Shown: positions 1 through 10,702 of the stretch, one piece after another
How positions within the stretch are numbered: the first letter of the stretch is position 1
Layout of the letters: each line of letters opens with the position of its first letter
DNA from: a virus
Lineage: Duplodnaviria > Caudoviricetes
Length of the DNA stretch: 64,000 nucleotides
IMG/VR virus record: IMGVR_UViG_3300017766_003232
Span: 24,922-88,921 of that record
Direction: 5' to 3' (one strand)
Translations under genes and position numbers: made by a program
Notes under the pieces: model-generated
Seen by the model: only the letters and a program-made list of their open reading frames with translations
The model's database searches: none
What the model was told of the DNA's origin: nothing

Positions 1-480
1 TGTAGTTTCTATTTCAACAACTTCCTCAATTATTGTATTTTCTACTTCTACAGGAGCTGGAATAGTAGCTAATTCATCACTAATGATATTTGCAACTTTT
101 AAATACGGAAATCCTTCAATGTTTTCTAAAACTAAATGATTTTCAACTGTTGTATCTAAATTTTTAATTTTTGCAATGTAATCAAATACCTTTTTATCAG
201 AAAAAGTAAAACCTGCTGTGATTTTAAATGTTCCAGGTACTAATTCTTCACCTTCAGCTAAAACACCTGTAGACATTACAAAAACATCATTATCAGCAAA
301 TCCAAATCTTACAATTGATTCACCAGAAATTAATCCCAATGCTTCTTGAGATGCTTTGTTAAATGTAAATTTACGACCAACTTTATCTTTTTGGATTGCT
401 GCTAATGTTACAACTGATACGTTAAATCTTTCTTCTTTTTTTACTCTTGTTACAGGAATTCCCCAAACTATATTTTCCAT
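1..480 (-). CDS. hypothetical protein, 3'-truncated by window edge (MENIVWGIPVTRVKKEERFNV...)
   Basis: ATG at 480-478 after an A-rich leader; frame open to base 1; absent from ORF track because no stop is in the window. Confidence 0.75.
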   Translation of the reverse strand, partial: MENIVWGIPVTRVKKEERFNVSVVTLAAIQKDKVGRKFTFNKASQEALGLISGESIVRFGFADNDVFVMSTGVLAEGEELVPGTFKITAGFTFSDKKVFDYIAKIKNLDTTVENHLVLENIEGFPYLKVANIISDELATIPAPVEVENTIIEEVVEIETT

Positions 481-520
481 TTTTTTAAAAATTAAATTGT
501 TTATAAATTATTTTGATTTT

Positions 521-817
521 TTATTCAGTAATTACTCTTACTGAATGAATTTGTGCTTGACCAGCGTTTCCTTCTGGAAAAGTTCGATAGAATTTTTTAC
601 CTTTTAAATAAGCTTTTAACTCTTTTTTAGCATTCATTCTATCTGTTTTTAACTTTGGATTATCAGTTAAACAAATTTTGTTTAAGATTAATTTAAAATC
701 TCCACCAAATTGTCTAAATGAACGTGGCTCATCGATTAAACCTTTCTCAATTGCATCTAATATTGCATTTGTTGAATCTAATTCTTCTTGTGTAAGAATT
801 TCATTTTTTGCTCCCAT
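521..817 (-). CDS. hypothetical protein
   Basis: 98 aa ORF, co-oriented and tightly packed with neighbours. Confidence 0.7.
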   Translation of the reverse strand: MGAKNEILTQEELDSTNAILDAIEKGLIDEPRSFRQFGGDFKLILNKICLTDNPKLKTDRMNAKKELKAYLKGKKFYRTFPEGNAGQAQIHSVRVITE

Positions 818-828
818 ATGATTATTTA

Positions 829-1503
829 TTAAATTTCGTAATACTCTCTAATTGCATTATCTACAATTACTAAATCATTGTCAATTACATCTTCTTCAAA
901 CATATCAATTGGTGTTTTACAAGTATCGTTACCATTTGATTTTGTTCTAAAAATATGACGATTTGGTTGACCATGAACTTTTTGAATTTCAGCATATAAT
1001 ACAATTGAACTAAATGATTCAGGTACAAACTTTTCTAATTGTTTACCTTGAACAGCAATTCTATGAGATGTTCCTCCAATTTCATCAATTGTAGTATCTG
1101 GATGACACATTATATAAACAATAATATCATTTCTCATTTTATCATTGATAATGTTTATCAAATCATATTGAGAAGCAGAAAATTTACCCCACTTATCAAA
1201 ACCTTTCTCTGCTCTGAATCTTGGATCCATTACAGCATTAGTCATAATTCTTGACCATGTATCAAGTAGAATTGATTTAATTTCAGGTTGCTTATTTAAT
1301 GTTCTAAAAGCATTTATTACTTCTTCAGTGCTTGAAGTATTGAAATAATTACCTTTCTCTACATTATAATTTGCAGAAAATTTTCTAAATGGTAATGCTT
1401 TTTGATCACTATTTATAATTCCTGTTGTTTCAGGATTTAAATTTCTACCAGAGGTAGATTTACCCATACCAGATGGACCTACGACAAATACTAATTGTGC
1501 CAT
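829..1503 (-). CDS. AAA_24-type P-loop ATPase (Sak4-like recombination/annealing protein)
   Basis: Walker A GPSGMGKST near N-terminus, Walker B ILLDTWS, 224 aa, located in replication module. Confidence 0.8.
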   Translation of the reverse strand: MAQLVFVVGPSGMGKSTSGRNLNPETTGIINSDQKALPFRKFSANYNVEKGNYFNTSSTEEVINAFRTLNKQPEIKSILLDTWSRIMTNAVMDPRFRAEKGFDKWGKFSASQYDLINIINDKMRNDIIVYIMCHPDTTIDEIGGTSHRIAVQGKQLEKFVPESFSSIVLYAEIQKVHGQPNRHIFRTKSNGNDTCKTPIDMFEEDVIDNDLVIVDNAIREYYEI

Positions 1504-1564
1504 TTGTTTGATTTTTACGTTGTTTATAATTTTTAATTGGGACTACTAATATACGAAATTTATT

Positions 1565-1873
1565 TCAATTATTTTTTGATAATTGTATAATTTCTTCTTT
1601 AATTTCTGTAGATTTTTTCTTTCTCTGATTCCAAGTTGAACCTCTTAATTCAGGAAATTCTTCTTGTATTTTTCTACTTGCTCTACCAATAGAATCTATG
1701 TATGGAATCTTTCTTTCTGCTACATCTTTTAAAAATGCTTTTACATCTTTTGTAACATCATAACCACATTCTAATAGAAAATTATAGTATAGCCTTTCAA
1801 CAGAGTCTCTAAGTTCAGGATTTTGTTGTAATTTCAACTTAACCCATTTAAGGTAATCTTTGATTAAACTCAT
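1565..1873 (-). CDS. hypothetical protein
   Basis: 102 aa ORF overlapping the helicase stop. Confidence 0.65.
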   Translation of the reverse strand: MSLIKDYLKWVKLKLQQNPELRDSVERLYYNFLLECGYDVTKDVKAFLKDVAERKIPYIDSIGRASRKIQEEFPELRGSTWNQRKKKSTEIKEEIIQLSKNN

Positions 1874-2945
1874 TTTTCATTTTGTAATATTGATTAATAT
1901 TTTTTAATTCATCTGGAGGAGTTACCTCATAATCACTTGGATGACCTAATTGAACATATCTACCAATTTCACCAATAAATAAAAAACTTGCATTTAGATT
2001 TGATTCACCATCTCTGTTTTTACAGATTTTAATTAATCTATAACGATTTTTCCATTTTGTAATATCAAATCCTAAACATTTATCTACTTGTAAATAGAAT
2101 GGACTAGCAATACCTAAAACTGTATTTGCATCTTCTGACACATTACCAGTATTTTTTATGTCAGATAACATAGGCATCCAGTTATCACCATTATCTCTTC
2201 TATCCATTTGTTCAGAACCTCTATTTATCTGAGAAATTACAACAGGTGAAAAATTAAATATATTTCTAAAAAATACTAAGTTTTTTGATAATTGATCAAT
2301 AGCTTCTTTTAGATTTGTATATTTACCTTTTCCAATTAAACCAATGTGATCTATTACAATTTCGGTAATTAAATTTGGGTTATTAGGAATATAATCTTTA
2401 ATATTTCCAAAATTATCATACACAATTGTACCTCTTGTTTTAGCATAACTAAGCAATGTTTCATACAAACTATCTGGATCTACATATGATCTAAAAAATA
2501 AATATTTTTCTTGTAGTTCTTCCAAATCTTTTTCGTATGAATCTATTAGTTGTAAAACTTCATTTGAAATCTCAAATTCACCTCTTGATAAAATTTCATT
2601 TACATTAGTTAATATACCATGCTCTGTCCAAATTCTATATGCAATATGTTTTGCTATTTGCAATTCTGGAGTAATTTCTAAAGAAAAATAAATAATTTCT
2701 AGAGAATTAATGTGACCAGGATGTTTTTGTAGATATTCTATTGGTCCAAAAACATACGCATCATTTACGAATGCTGTTTTACCAATAGAAGTACCTGCAA
2801 ATATTAAATCATATCTGCCTTGTTGAATATTGCAAATATATTTACTTAATGTTGTGAAATTACCAAATGGAATACCCTTATTTAATCCTTGTTTACCTCT
2901 TTCAATCTGTTGTTTTAATCTGGTCCACGTTTTGTTTTTTGCCAT
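1848..2945 (-). CDS. dnaB: replicative DnaB-like (SF4) helicase
   Basis: AGTSIGKT Walker A, IVIDHIGL Walker B, VVISQINR, SDIKNTGNVSEDA and KNRDG motifs. Confidence 0.9.
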   Translation of the reverse strand: MAKNKTWTRLKQQIERGKQGLNKGIPFGNFTTLSKYICNIQQGRYDLIFAGTSIGKTAFVNDAYVFGPIEYLQKHPGHINSLEIIYFSLEITPELQIAKHIAYRIWTEHGILTNVNEILSRGEFEISNEVLQLIDSYEKDLEELQEKYLFFRSYVDPDSLYETLLSYAKTRGTIVYDNFGNIKDYIPNNPNLITEIVIDHIGLIGKGKYTNLKEAIDQLSKNLVFFRNIFNFSPVVISQINRGSEQMDRRDNGDNWMPMLSDIKNTGNVSEDANTVLGIASPFYLQVDKCLGFDITKWKNRYRLIKICKNRDGESNLNASFLFIGEIGRYVQLGHPSDYEVTPPDELKNINQYYKMKNEFNQRLP

Positions 2946-3049
2946 CTTTATTCATTTTAGCGAATTTAATAAGAATTTCTACATAATATTTTTTATCACT
3001 TGTTAACTCATCAATAAAACCAAAATTTTCAAAATAATCAATTGCATCT

Positions 3050-3685
3050 TCAAGTTCTTCCATACGTTATATTAGTTATTGTTAATAATTCATGTAATTC
3101 TTCAGGAATGTAATCACTCATACCATTTTCAAACCAATTGTCTCCATAAAATCCTCCACAAGAATCTATTTCAACATCTTGATTAAAATGTTCTACATTA
3201 TCACAATTACCTGCTTCCCAGTCTTTTTTAGTCATAGAAACCATTTCTACAGATTCTAATATTGTATACCTATAAACCTCACCAGTTAGGTATTGGTCAT
3301 AAGTTTTTACATCTGCTTTACAGATTTCAACAGCTTGTTCTTTTAATTTTTCAGTTAGATTCTTTCCACCAAAATTCTCAATCATTGTTTCTTTTGTGAT
3401 GAATATAAATCCAACTTGACCACTATCCCATTGACAATCAAATGAACCTGTTGACATAGTGATACCACTATGGTCATATAGATATAATGGAAGAATTGCA
3501 GCAATATTATAATCTTTATGCAATTGTTCAGATAATTCTTCCCATGAATCAAATGCTGAAGAGTTATACTCACTGAATTTATCACCTAAATCATATCTTT
3601 TATGGAAACAAACCATTTTTGTTAAATTATCCCAACATCTAGGAGAGTCAGGATAATTTTCTTGTTTAATTACTATTCTTTTCAT
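3050..3685 (-). CDS. hypothetical phage protein
   Basis: 211 aa ORF with LYLYDHSGITMST...WDSGQVGFI motif typical of phage/MGE hypothetical proteins. Confidence 0.75.
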   Translation of the reverse strand: MKRIVIKQENYPDSPRCWDNLTKMVCFHKRYDLGDKFSEYNSSAFDSWEELSEQLHKDYNIAAILPLYLYDHSGITMSTGSFDCQWDSGQVGFIFITKETMIENFGGKNLTEKLKEQAVEICKADVKTYDQYLTGEVYRYTILESVEMVSMTKKDWEAGNCDNVEHFNQDVEIDSCGGFYGDNWFENGMSDYIPEELHELLTITNITYGRT

Positions 3686-3986
3686 ATTGTTCCATTGTAA
3701 TTTGTTCAGTAATAAAATGTAAATCTTCTATACAAAAATCTTTTAAATCAATTGTAACATCATCTTCAATAAATACATCACCTTCTTCATTTATTGTGCA
3801 ATTAATTGCATCTTCTTCACCTACACATTTCCAAGGAGCTATGCTTACTTTAAAAGGTTTTTTGTTTCTTTCAATTAATAATTTAATTAATGTAATTATT
3901 AATTCTTTAGTTCTATAAACTGCTTCTGATTGATCATTAACAATTGCTAATACAGTTTTCATTTTCATATTGTTGTTTCGTTCCAT
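3666..3986 (-). CDS. hypothetical protein
   Basis: 106 aa ORF overlapping both neighbours. Confidence 0.6.
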   Translation of the reverse strand: MERNNNMKMKTVLAIVNDQSEAVYRTKELIITLIKLLIERNKKPFKVSIAPWKCVGEEDAINCTINEEGDVFIEDDVTIDLKDFCIEDLHFITEQITMEQYEKNSN

Positions 3987-4528
3987 TGTAATCCTTCTTT
4001 ATTTTTTGTTGGTATTAATGCTTCCCAATTTTCCCATAAAGCATTGTTTAAAACTGTTTCAATATTTGGTAAAAAATTTAATTTACCTGCTTGTTTTTGA
4101 ATTGCAATAAAATTTTCAGTTGATGCAATTGCTTTTTGGTGTTGTTCTTCTGTTTTAACTTTTTTCAAGTATTTAATCTTATGTTTTTCAGCAATTACAG
4201 CTGTGTTAGTAGAAGCTCTAAGCACACGAGTTCCAACTTTTACAGGATATACTTGATACCATTCCCAAAAATTAATATTATCACCTTTTACACCTAATAA
4301 TTTACCAATATTATGCTTACTAATTGCAGTATGGGATAAACTTGTTGAATCATCACTTAGTATATAATCTGTTCCAACTAATGTATTTCTAATTTTAAGA
4401 GCAGATTCTTTTGTAAATAATGATTTTATCCAAATTAAATTATTATAGTATAAACCATGTAAAATAATAAATTGAGAAGCAGTAAGATTATGTTTTAAAA
4501 GAACTTGTTCATCAATTTCTAATTTCAT
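3965..4528 (-). CDS. putative replisome organiser / helicase-loader-like protein
   Basis: FWEWYQVYPVKV resembles the FW..YP.K motif of phage replication-initiation proteins; located between two helicases. Confidence 0.45.
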   Translation of the reverse strand: MKLEIDEQVLLKHNLTASQFIILHGLYYNNLIWIKSLFTKESALKIRNTLVGTDYILSDDSTSLSHTAISKHNIGKLLGVKGDNINFWEWYQVYPVKVGTRVLRASTNTAVIAEKHKIKYLKKVKTEEQHQKAIASTENFIAIQKQAGKLNFLPNIETVLNNALWENWEALIPTKNKEGLQWNETTI

Positions 4529-5607
4529 ATAAACTTAATTTTTAAAGGATTAAAACCTGCAATTGCAGAATGTAACCAAATTTCATCTTGTGTATTTTTT
4601 AAATAAACAACATAAATTGTTGCTTTTTTAGTATCTTCAAGATTCATTGTTCTTAATGCTTGTTGTATAAATAATGCTTCTACACTTTTTACTTGATTAA
4701 ATACTGCTAATTTTAAATTAGGAATAGTTATTCCCATTGAAATCATTGATATTACAGAAAGTTTATTTATTTCTTCATTTGCAAATTTTGACAATGATTT
4801 TTTATCAGATGCACTATGATAAGATGCTTCTCCAACTTGATCAGCAATAGAAGATCTACCTGTAAACACGAGCACTCTATCCATATTTTCTATTAGCTCT
4901 TTTGTTTTATTTAACTTAGCTAATGATTCATAAATTAATTGAGTTCGTTTTGATACAATGTTTTTTATTTTATAAAATTCATCGTTTTCAATTGCTTCGC
5001 TAAATTTAGAATCCCAGTATTTATATGCTTGTAATTCAGTTTGAAAAAATGGTTTTTTAGGGTTTCCTGCCTGGATATGGTTACTTACGTTATCCAATTG
5101 GCAACCTACGCAAATAATTTCATAATCTGCAATTATACCATCATTTACAGCTTCTTCAAAAGAATAATCATATAACTTATTGATTTTCAATATTGATTTT
5201 ATTGTAGACTCACATTCTTCATTTAATGTTCCTGATAATCCTAAAACTCTACAACCATATAACTGGTGTTTTTTTAGTTCTAATAAAACGTATTTATTAT
5301 AACTGTGAATTTCATCAGCAATTATTAAATCAAATTTTTGTTTAATCTTTTTTAATCCATTTGACCAACAATAAGTAACTTTTATATTGTCATTTAATTT
5401 CCATTTTAGTTGTTCTTTTTTCCAAGAATCAAAAATTGGAATTAAAGGAGCGACAATAAGAACTTGAATTTCTTTCGATACTGTATTTAAAGCATCAATT
5501 GTTAATTTTGTTTTGCCCACTCTGGGACTAATATGAATTAAACCAACAAAACGATTTGCTGTAATTGCTTCTGTTGCTTCTTTTTGTATAATAAATCTTT
5601 TATCCAT
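4525..5607 (-). CDS. superfamily 2 (DExH) helicase
   Basis: SPRVGKT motif I, IIADEIH motif II, LGLSGT motif III, MGITIP and QQALRTM C-terminal motifs. Confidence 0.88.
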   Translation of the reverse strand: MDKRFIIQKEATEAITANRFVGLIHISPRVGKTKLTIDALNTVSKEIQVLIVAPLIPIFDSWKKEQLKWKLNDNIKVTYCWSNGLKKIKQKFDLIIADEIHSYNKYVLLELKKHQLYGCRVLGLSGTLNEECESTIKSILKINKLYDYSFEEAVNDGIIADYEIICVGCQLDNVSNHIQAGNPKKPFFQTELQAYKYWDSKFSEAIENDEFYKIKNIVSKRTQLIYESLAKLNKTKELIENMDRVLVFTGRSSIADQVGEASYHSASDKKSLSKFANEEINKLSVISMISMGITIPNLKLAVFNQVKSVEALFIQQALRTMNLEDTKKATIYVVYLKNTQDEIWLHSAIAGFNPLKIKFI

Positions 5608-5612
5608 TGTTT

Positions 5613-5996
5613 CTATTTATACCATAAAAAATAAAATAATTGATTATCCTTATCAAAAAGTAAATCAACGTATAAATTATAACCATTATTTACTTGAACC
5701 CATTTATCTGAATTTAATTTATTATATTCTTCATTATATTTATTTATAAAATATTGAAGATCTGTTTTTTCATTCGGAAATATAATGGTTGAAAAACAAA
5801 CATTGTTTTCATCAAATATGTACATTGCTGTACAAATTGGTAAACTTACACTAATCCAATTATTGTCAGGATAACCTGTTTCTAATTTATTGTTTTTAAA
5901 TTCATCAACAATTTCATTTGTTGTGTAGCCAATTCTAGCCTGTGTAAGACTATTAAATGAAAAAAGCAATATAAGTATTGTAAATATTTTTTTCAT
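5613..5996 (-). CDS. hypothetical exported protein
   Basis: N-terminal signal peptide MKKIFTILILLFSFNSLTQA. Confidence 0.65.
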   Translation of the reverse strand: MKKIFTILILLFSFNSLTQARIGYTTNEIVDEFKNNKLETGYPDNNWISVSLPICTAMYIFDENNVCFSTIIFPNEKTDLQYFINKYNEEYNKLNSDKWVQVNNGYNLYVDLLFDKDNQLFYFLWYK

Positions 5997-6190
5997 CTTT
6001 TAAATTGCATTTTAAAAATTTCAAATTCTATTCCATATTCACCATTTGGATTTTGCATTGGTGTAATAATAGGTCGAATTTCTAATATTTTGTGTTTTAT
6101 TTGACTTAATATAATTCTTTGTTTCATATTGTAATTTTTTAACTCCGAATCAATTAAATCTAACACTTGTTGTTTAGATATTATATCCAT
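5993..6190 (-). CDS. hypothetical protein
   Basis: 65 aa ORF with 4-nt overlap. Confidence 0.55.
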   Translation of the reverse strand: MDIISKQQVLDLIDSELKNYNMKQRIILSQIKHKILEIRPIITPMQNPNGEYGIEFEIFKMQFKR

Positions 6191-6192
6191 AA

Positions 6193-6801
6193 TTAATAAC
6201 TTGCGTACCCAAAAAACACATAATGACCAGGTGCTTCTTTTGTACTTGATTTATAAGTAATTTTTGCTACAGTTGTGCTTCCTGAATCTTTAGATAATCT
6301 TCTTTCTATTTTTACAACAGTAGCATCTCCAGTTTTTTCAGTATAAGCTCTTGCTTCTTTTACAGCATCTGCTTTGTTTAAGAAAGGTTTACTATTCCAA
6401 TAGTTAAAATAAGATTCAGCAATATAAACTAATTCCCATTTACGTGTTCCTTTAAATACAGAATGATCAACAACAGATTTAATTTTATTTGAGTTTTTAA
6501 CAGGTTCAGTTAAACAAACACCCCAAGCACCATGATGCTTTCCCATATCATTAGAAACCTTATCAATAAATTTTTGAATCTGTAATTTACTTTCTTTCCA
6601 TTTAGAAGTTACATCTGTAAATCCTGCTGAACAATTAATTTGTCCAGAATAACCTTCTTGATGACCATATTCTTCATCTGCACATTTTACTAAGTGACTA
6701 TATGCATCTTGCATTGACTTTGCTTTTGTGCTATTTTGAAACCAACTTGCTCCCATACTTTTTAAAATTAAAAAGTGCGAGAATATCGAAATATCTCGCA
6801 C
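6193..6801 (-). CDS. hypothetical phage protein (likely start at MGASWF)
   Basis: long ORF in operon context. Confidence 0.7.
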   Translation of the reverse strand: MRDISIFSHFLILKSMGASWFQNSTKAKSMQDAYSHLVKCADEEYGHQEGYSGQINCSAGFTDVTSKWKESKLQIQKFIDKVSNDMGKHHGAWGVCLTEPVKNSNKIKSVVDHSVFKGTRKWELVYIAESYFNYWNSKPFLNKADAVKEARAYTEKTGDATVVKIERRLSKDSGSTTVAKITYKSSTKEAPGHYVFFGYASY

Positions 6802-6819
6802 TTTTGATTAAACATTTAA

Positions 6820-7257
6820 TTAATTTTCTTCTTCTTGTTTGTAAGGAAAAACTTCAACAATTGGAGAAACTGCTACACCTGTAATATTAAAATCAACCAT
6901 TAATCCTGATAATGATTCTTTTAATTTAACAGTTGCATCTGCTACTGATGTTGCTGTCAATAAGAAACTTTGACGAGTTTTCTTGTTGCTTTCTCCATCT
7001 ATAGATCCATCAAATTCAATTTTACCAATATACCATACATCGGATTCTTGATAATAGAAAATATCATGAATATCAAATATTGCAATTGCAGTAATTGAAA
7101 ATTCTCCACGAATTGTATCTCCTAATTCTTCGTAAATTCTTGTCTCAGCATCACTAAAAGTCATTGCTGCAAGTAAATAAGGTTCAGTAACCTTTTTAAA
7201 AGTTCCATTGTCTAATTGCTTAGTGTAGCGAACTTTTACTAAAAACCATTTGTTCAT
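6820..7257 (-). CDS. DUF4494-family protein
   Basis: WFLVKVRYTKQLDNG...KKVTEPYLLAAMTFSDAETRI matches the Bacteroidota DUF4494 pattern, including the repeated LL.A motif. Confidence 0.8.
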   Translation of the reverse strand: MNKWFLVKVRYTKQLDNGTFKKVTEPYLLAAMTFSDAETRIYEELGDTIRGEFSITAIAIFDIHDIFYYQESDVWYIGKIEFDGSIDGESNKKTRQSFLLTATSVADATVKLKESLSGLMVDFNITGVAVSPIVEVFPYKQEEEN

Positions 7258-7271
7258 ATTTATTGATTTAT

Positions 7272-8381
7272 TTAATTGTATTTTTGAAATAATAATTTGT
7301 GTAAATGATTATAAATTTTTTTTATTTCTTTTTTGCTAAAATTTATATTATTTTCATTATACATAATTAACAATTCATTATTTTCATTCCAATCTCCACA
7401 TATTATCATAGAATTGGATACATAAAAATCATCTTTTAAAATCAAATCTTTTATTTCAGATGAATCATTTTCTGTTGGTAAATCTGCTAATTGATACATT
7501 GCAATAGATTCTTCTTGGTTTTTTGATTTTCTTAATACTTTAACCATTGGTACAAGATCAAAATCTTCAATACATTCTACAATATCTCCAATTTCATATC
7601 TTTTTTCTATAATATCATTTTCACTAACATTTATAATAACATATTTTTTATTAATAATAGAAAAATTATCTTTTGTAGGTGTTAATGATAAAATATTTCC
7701 TTTGTATTTCCATTCTGAATTATTTTCATTATATTTTACAATTTCTGCCCATTTTCCATTAAAATAAACAGCTCCTCCATCGCAATCATCGTCTTTGTCT
7801 CCTTCTATATGTTCGGCAAATAGATTTACATATAAACCACCGTTTTCAATAAAAGTATCTTCATCTATATCATGAGATGTAACTTCAAGAATAATTGTTG
7901 GTTTATGCACAACTCTAAATTGTGTTCCAATTGGATAATGTATTTTAATTTCATTAAATAAATCAAATTTATCTATTACAAAAGCAATGTATAATGATTG
8001 TGCATTCCATAAACATATATCACTACTAAATATACCTTCTACAATACCAAATAAATCAATTTTATATGCAGGTCTACTATCTAATTTAACAATTTTATTA
8101 TTGTTAAAAACATCCATTACATATTTTCCTTCTTGATAAGTTTGCAATTTATAATTTAAAAATTCTATTGAATTTCCTAAATTATTATCAATATAAGTAG
8201 TATGAAACATATAATTTTCTCCTTTAATTATAAAAGTTCCATCACTAAATACATCATCAACAATTACACATTGTCCTTTGTATTTATCCATACCATTATC
8301 ACACCAAGATGAATCTGAATATGGACTTGTTGAAATTGGGTGTTGTTTAATTTTTATTAAGTCTCCTTTTAAAACATTCAT
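7272..8381 (-). CDS. hypothetical mosaic protein
   Basis: 369 aa ORF that appears to be built from several short domains. Confidence 0.65.
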   Translation of the reverse strand: MNVLKGDLIKIKQHPISTSPYSDSSWCDNGMDKYKGQCVIVDDVFSDGTFIIKGENYMFHTTYIDNNLGNSIEFLNYKLQTYQEGKYVMDVFNNNKIVKLDSRPAYKIDLFGIVEGIFSSDICLWNAQSLYIAFVIDKFDLFNEIKIHYPIGTQFRVVHKPTIILEVTSHDIDEDTFIENGGLYVNLFAEHIEGDKDDDCDGGAVYFNGKWAEIVKYNENNSEWKYKGNILSLTPTKDNFSIINKKYVIINVSENDIIEKRYEIGDIVECIEDFDLVPMVKVLRKSKNQEESIAMYQLADLPTENDSSEIKDLILKDDFYVSNSMIICGDWNENNELLIMYNENNINFSKKEIKKIYNHLHKLLFQKYN

Positions 8382-10351
8382 TATTTAATAATTTTAGTTA
8401 ATATTTTATTGCATCTGTCAATATAATATTGATAATTAATATCATATTGACTAAATAATTTTTCAATGTAAGTATTGAAAATTGTTTGTAAACTATCTGC
8501 TTCAACTCTTGATTCTCTTGTACCATCATCAATATCTCCAAATATATTCATTTGCATACTTGGTGTTTTTGATTCTAATTTTGGTAATCTTTTTAATAAA
8601 TGTATACCATTATTTGAAATATAATATCTATTAATTTTTTGTAAATCAATTTCTTCTTGAGTTTGTTTATTAAAAGAAACAAGTTTGTTTTTACCAATTG
8701 ATTTAGCACCTAAACAGAAATCGTAAATATTTTGATGATTCATTATTGTATTTTCTATTGGCACATTATTTACAAAATAATTTTGAAGTGCTAATGGAAC
8801 TATTCTTGCTGATTTGTTTTTATGTAATTCAAAATCGGATACAAAATCACCTTTTGTTTTTACTTCTCCATCAGTTTTAATAGCAATATAATCATTTACA
8901 GATGTTTGTGCAAATAATTTATAATCAACATATTCTAATTGACCTAAATCAGAATTACCAACTATTACTTCCCATTTTTTACATGTTTCATAGTATATAT
9001 CATTCAATGATTTATCAAATAGACAAACGATACCATCTGTGTTAGCAGAAATAATATGAATACCTCTTAATTCAAGCATTTCAACTAACATTAATATTTC
9101 AATTTGATTTCCAATTGTTACAGTCATCATTGCATATGGACCATATTGCCAATTGTTTTCTTCACCTAACTTACCATATCCACCACCATTAAGAGAAAGC
9201 TTATATGCTTCTTGTATAGCGTTGTATTTACGATCTTTTGTTTCTTTGTATTTCTTTTTTGCATCAAGTCTTTTTTGAATAATTCCAACATATCCATTTA
9301 ACCATTGCTCTCCTAAATGAGGAGGAAATAATTTTCTTTTTCTAATTGCATTTGGATATTGTGATCCAATATCAGCATCTCTAAGTTCTTGATTTTCATT
9401 AGGAATAATAATCCTTGGTTTATCTTCAGAATGAATTCCACCTTTAGCAATTGTATAAATTGTTCCATTATGCTCAAACTTAAAACTTTGTTTTTTTGCT
9501 AAATCAATTTCAATTTTTCCAATTTGCTCTGCAAATAATTTAAATTTTTCTGTTTCAAAATATGTATATTCAGGAAAGCAATCTTTAAAAAACATTTTTT
9601 TAGATTCATAACTTGGTTTTGGTAATTCTTTTTTATCAATTCCAGTTAATGTACAATAAGATATTTTATTGATTTCATCACCTATTTTTACATCGTTGTA
9701 ATTTAAACATTTAATTCCAAATTCTTTCTGAATATTTAATCTTAATTGAATTTTATCTGTTCCTTTATACAAAGGATTATCAGTTTCACCTTTTGTTATT
9801 TTATAAAATTCATGAGTTGCAAAAACATCATGATGATTATAAGGTAAAATTAATTCTTCAATTTGTTTTAAATTAACTTGTTCAGAATGATGAATTGGCA
9901 TTTCTTGAATATCTGGTAAATCTAACATATATTCAATCCATTTCAATGATGTCATTCTTGCTTGGTTATCAAAATGCCAAATTTTAAATAAATCAAGTTG
10001 AGGTATTAATAATTTCCATTCTGGATATGTTGCCCATCCACCTGCATTTATTGTTTGAATAGTTTTTTGAGCAAATTGATAAATCTCATTTGCAATCATT
10101 TCACCATTTCCTAACCAGGTTAATTCAAGAAATTTATTTTGATTTAATAGAATATAATGAATTACTTGACCATCAAATCCTAAATTGTTAAAACCTATTT
10201 GACCAGTTAATTTTTTTAAATGACTTAAATATTCAGGAAAATCATTTCTATCTTCATGAATAACAAATTCAGATTTTTTAAGAGTTGTAGGATCAATATC
10301 GCAATATGTATGACAATTTACAAGTGTTTCAATATCATATATTACTTTCAT
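8381..10351 (-). CDS. DNA polymerase, family B (crAss-like type)
   Basis: Exo I YDIET, Exo II GFNNLGFD, Exo III YNHHDV; polymerase motifs DADIGSQYPN, KLSLNGGGYGKL, SANTDG. Confidence 0.92.
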   Translation of the reverse strand: MKVIYDIETLVNCHTYCDIDPTTLKKSEFVIHEDRNDFPEYLSHLKKLTGQIGFNNLGFDGQVIHYILLNQNKFLELTWLGNGEMIANEIYQFAQKTIQTINAGGWATYPEWKLLIPQLDLFKIWHFDNQARMTSLKWIEYMLDLPDIQEMPIHHSEQVNLKQIEELILPYNHHDVFATHEFYKITKGETDNPLYKGTDKIQLRLNIQKEFGIKCLNYNDVKIGDEINKISYCTLTGIDKKELPKPSYESKKMFFKDCFPEYTYFETEKFKLFAEQIGKIEIDLAKKQSFKFEHNGTIYTIAKGGIHSEDKPRIIIPNENQELRDADIGSQYPNAIRKRKLFPPHLGEQWLNGYVGIIQKRLDAKKKYKETKDRKYNAIQEAYKLSLNGGGYGKLGEENNWQYGPYAMMTVTIGNQIEILMLVEMLELRGIHIISANTDGIVCLFDKSLNDIYYETCKKWEVIVGNSDLGQLEYVDYKLFAQTSVNDYIAIKTDGEVKTKGDFVSDFELHKNKSARIVPLALQNYFVNNVPIENTIMNHQNIYDFCLGAKSIGKNKLVSFNKQTQEEIDLQKINRYYISNNGIHLLKRLPKLESKTPSMQMNIFGDIDDGTRESRVEADSLQTIFNTYIEKLFSQYDINYQYYIDRCNKILTKIIK

Positions 10352-10366
10352 ATTTTCTATTGATTT

Positions 10367-10702
10367 TTAATTTAAAAATTGTTCAATTTCTACTAATTCA
10401 GTTTCTTCTATTTCAGCAGAAATAGATTGCTTTGCTTGTTTTACAAAACGATTTATTCTAAATGCAGGTTCTTGTTCTCTACATAATAATGGTTGATAAA
10501 TTGGAAAATTAATTATTTCTTCAAGCCATATTCCTGTAACAATTCCATCGTTATCAGCAAATCCTCGTATTGTATATTCTTTTCCTTCTTTAACCCAGTT
10601 TAAGAAAGCTTCATTTACAAAGCTTTCCATACCTGGTTTAATGCTAGAATCAATGCACAACACAATATCTCCAATTTCTAAACTAGCATCCATCTTCTTC
10701 AT
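10367..10702 (-). CDS. hypothetical phage protein
   Basis: 111 aa ORF, IGDIVLCID SH3-like start. Confidence 0.65.
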   Translation of the reverse strand: MKKMDASLEIGDIVLCIDSSIKPGMESFVNEAFLNWVKEGKEYTIRGFADNDGIVTGIWLEEIINFPIYQPLLCREQEPAFRINRFVKQAKQSISAEIEETELVEIEQFLN

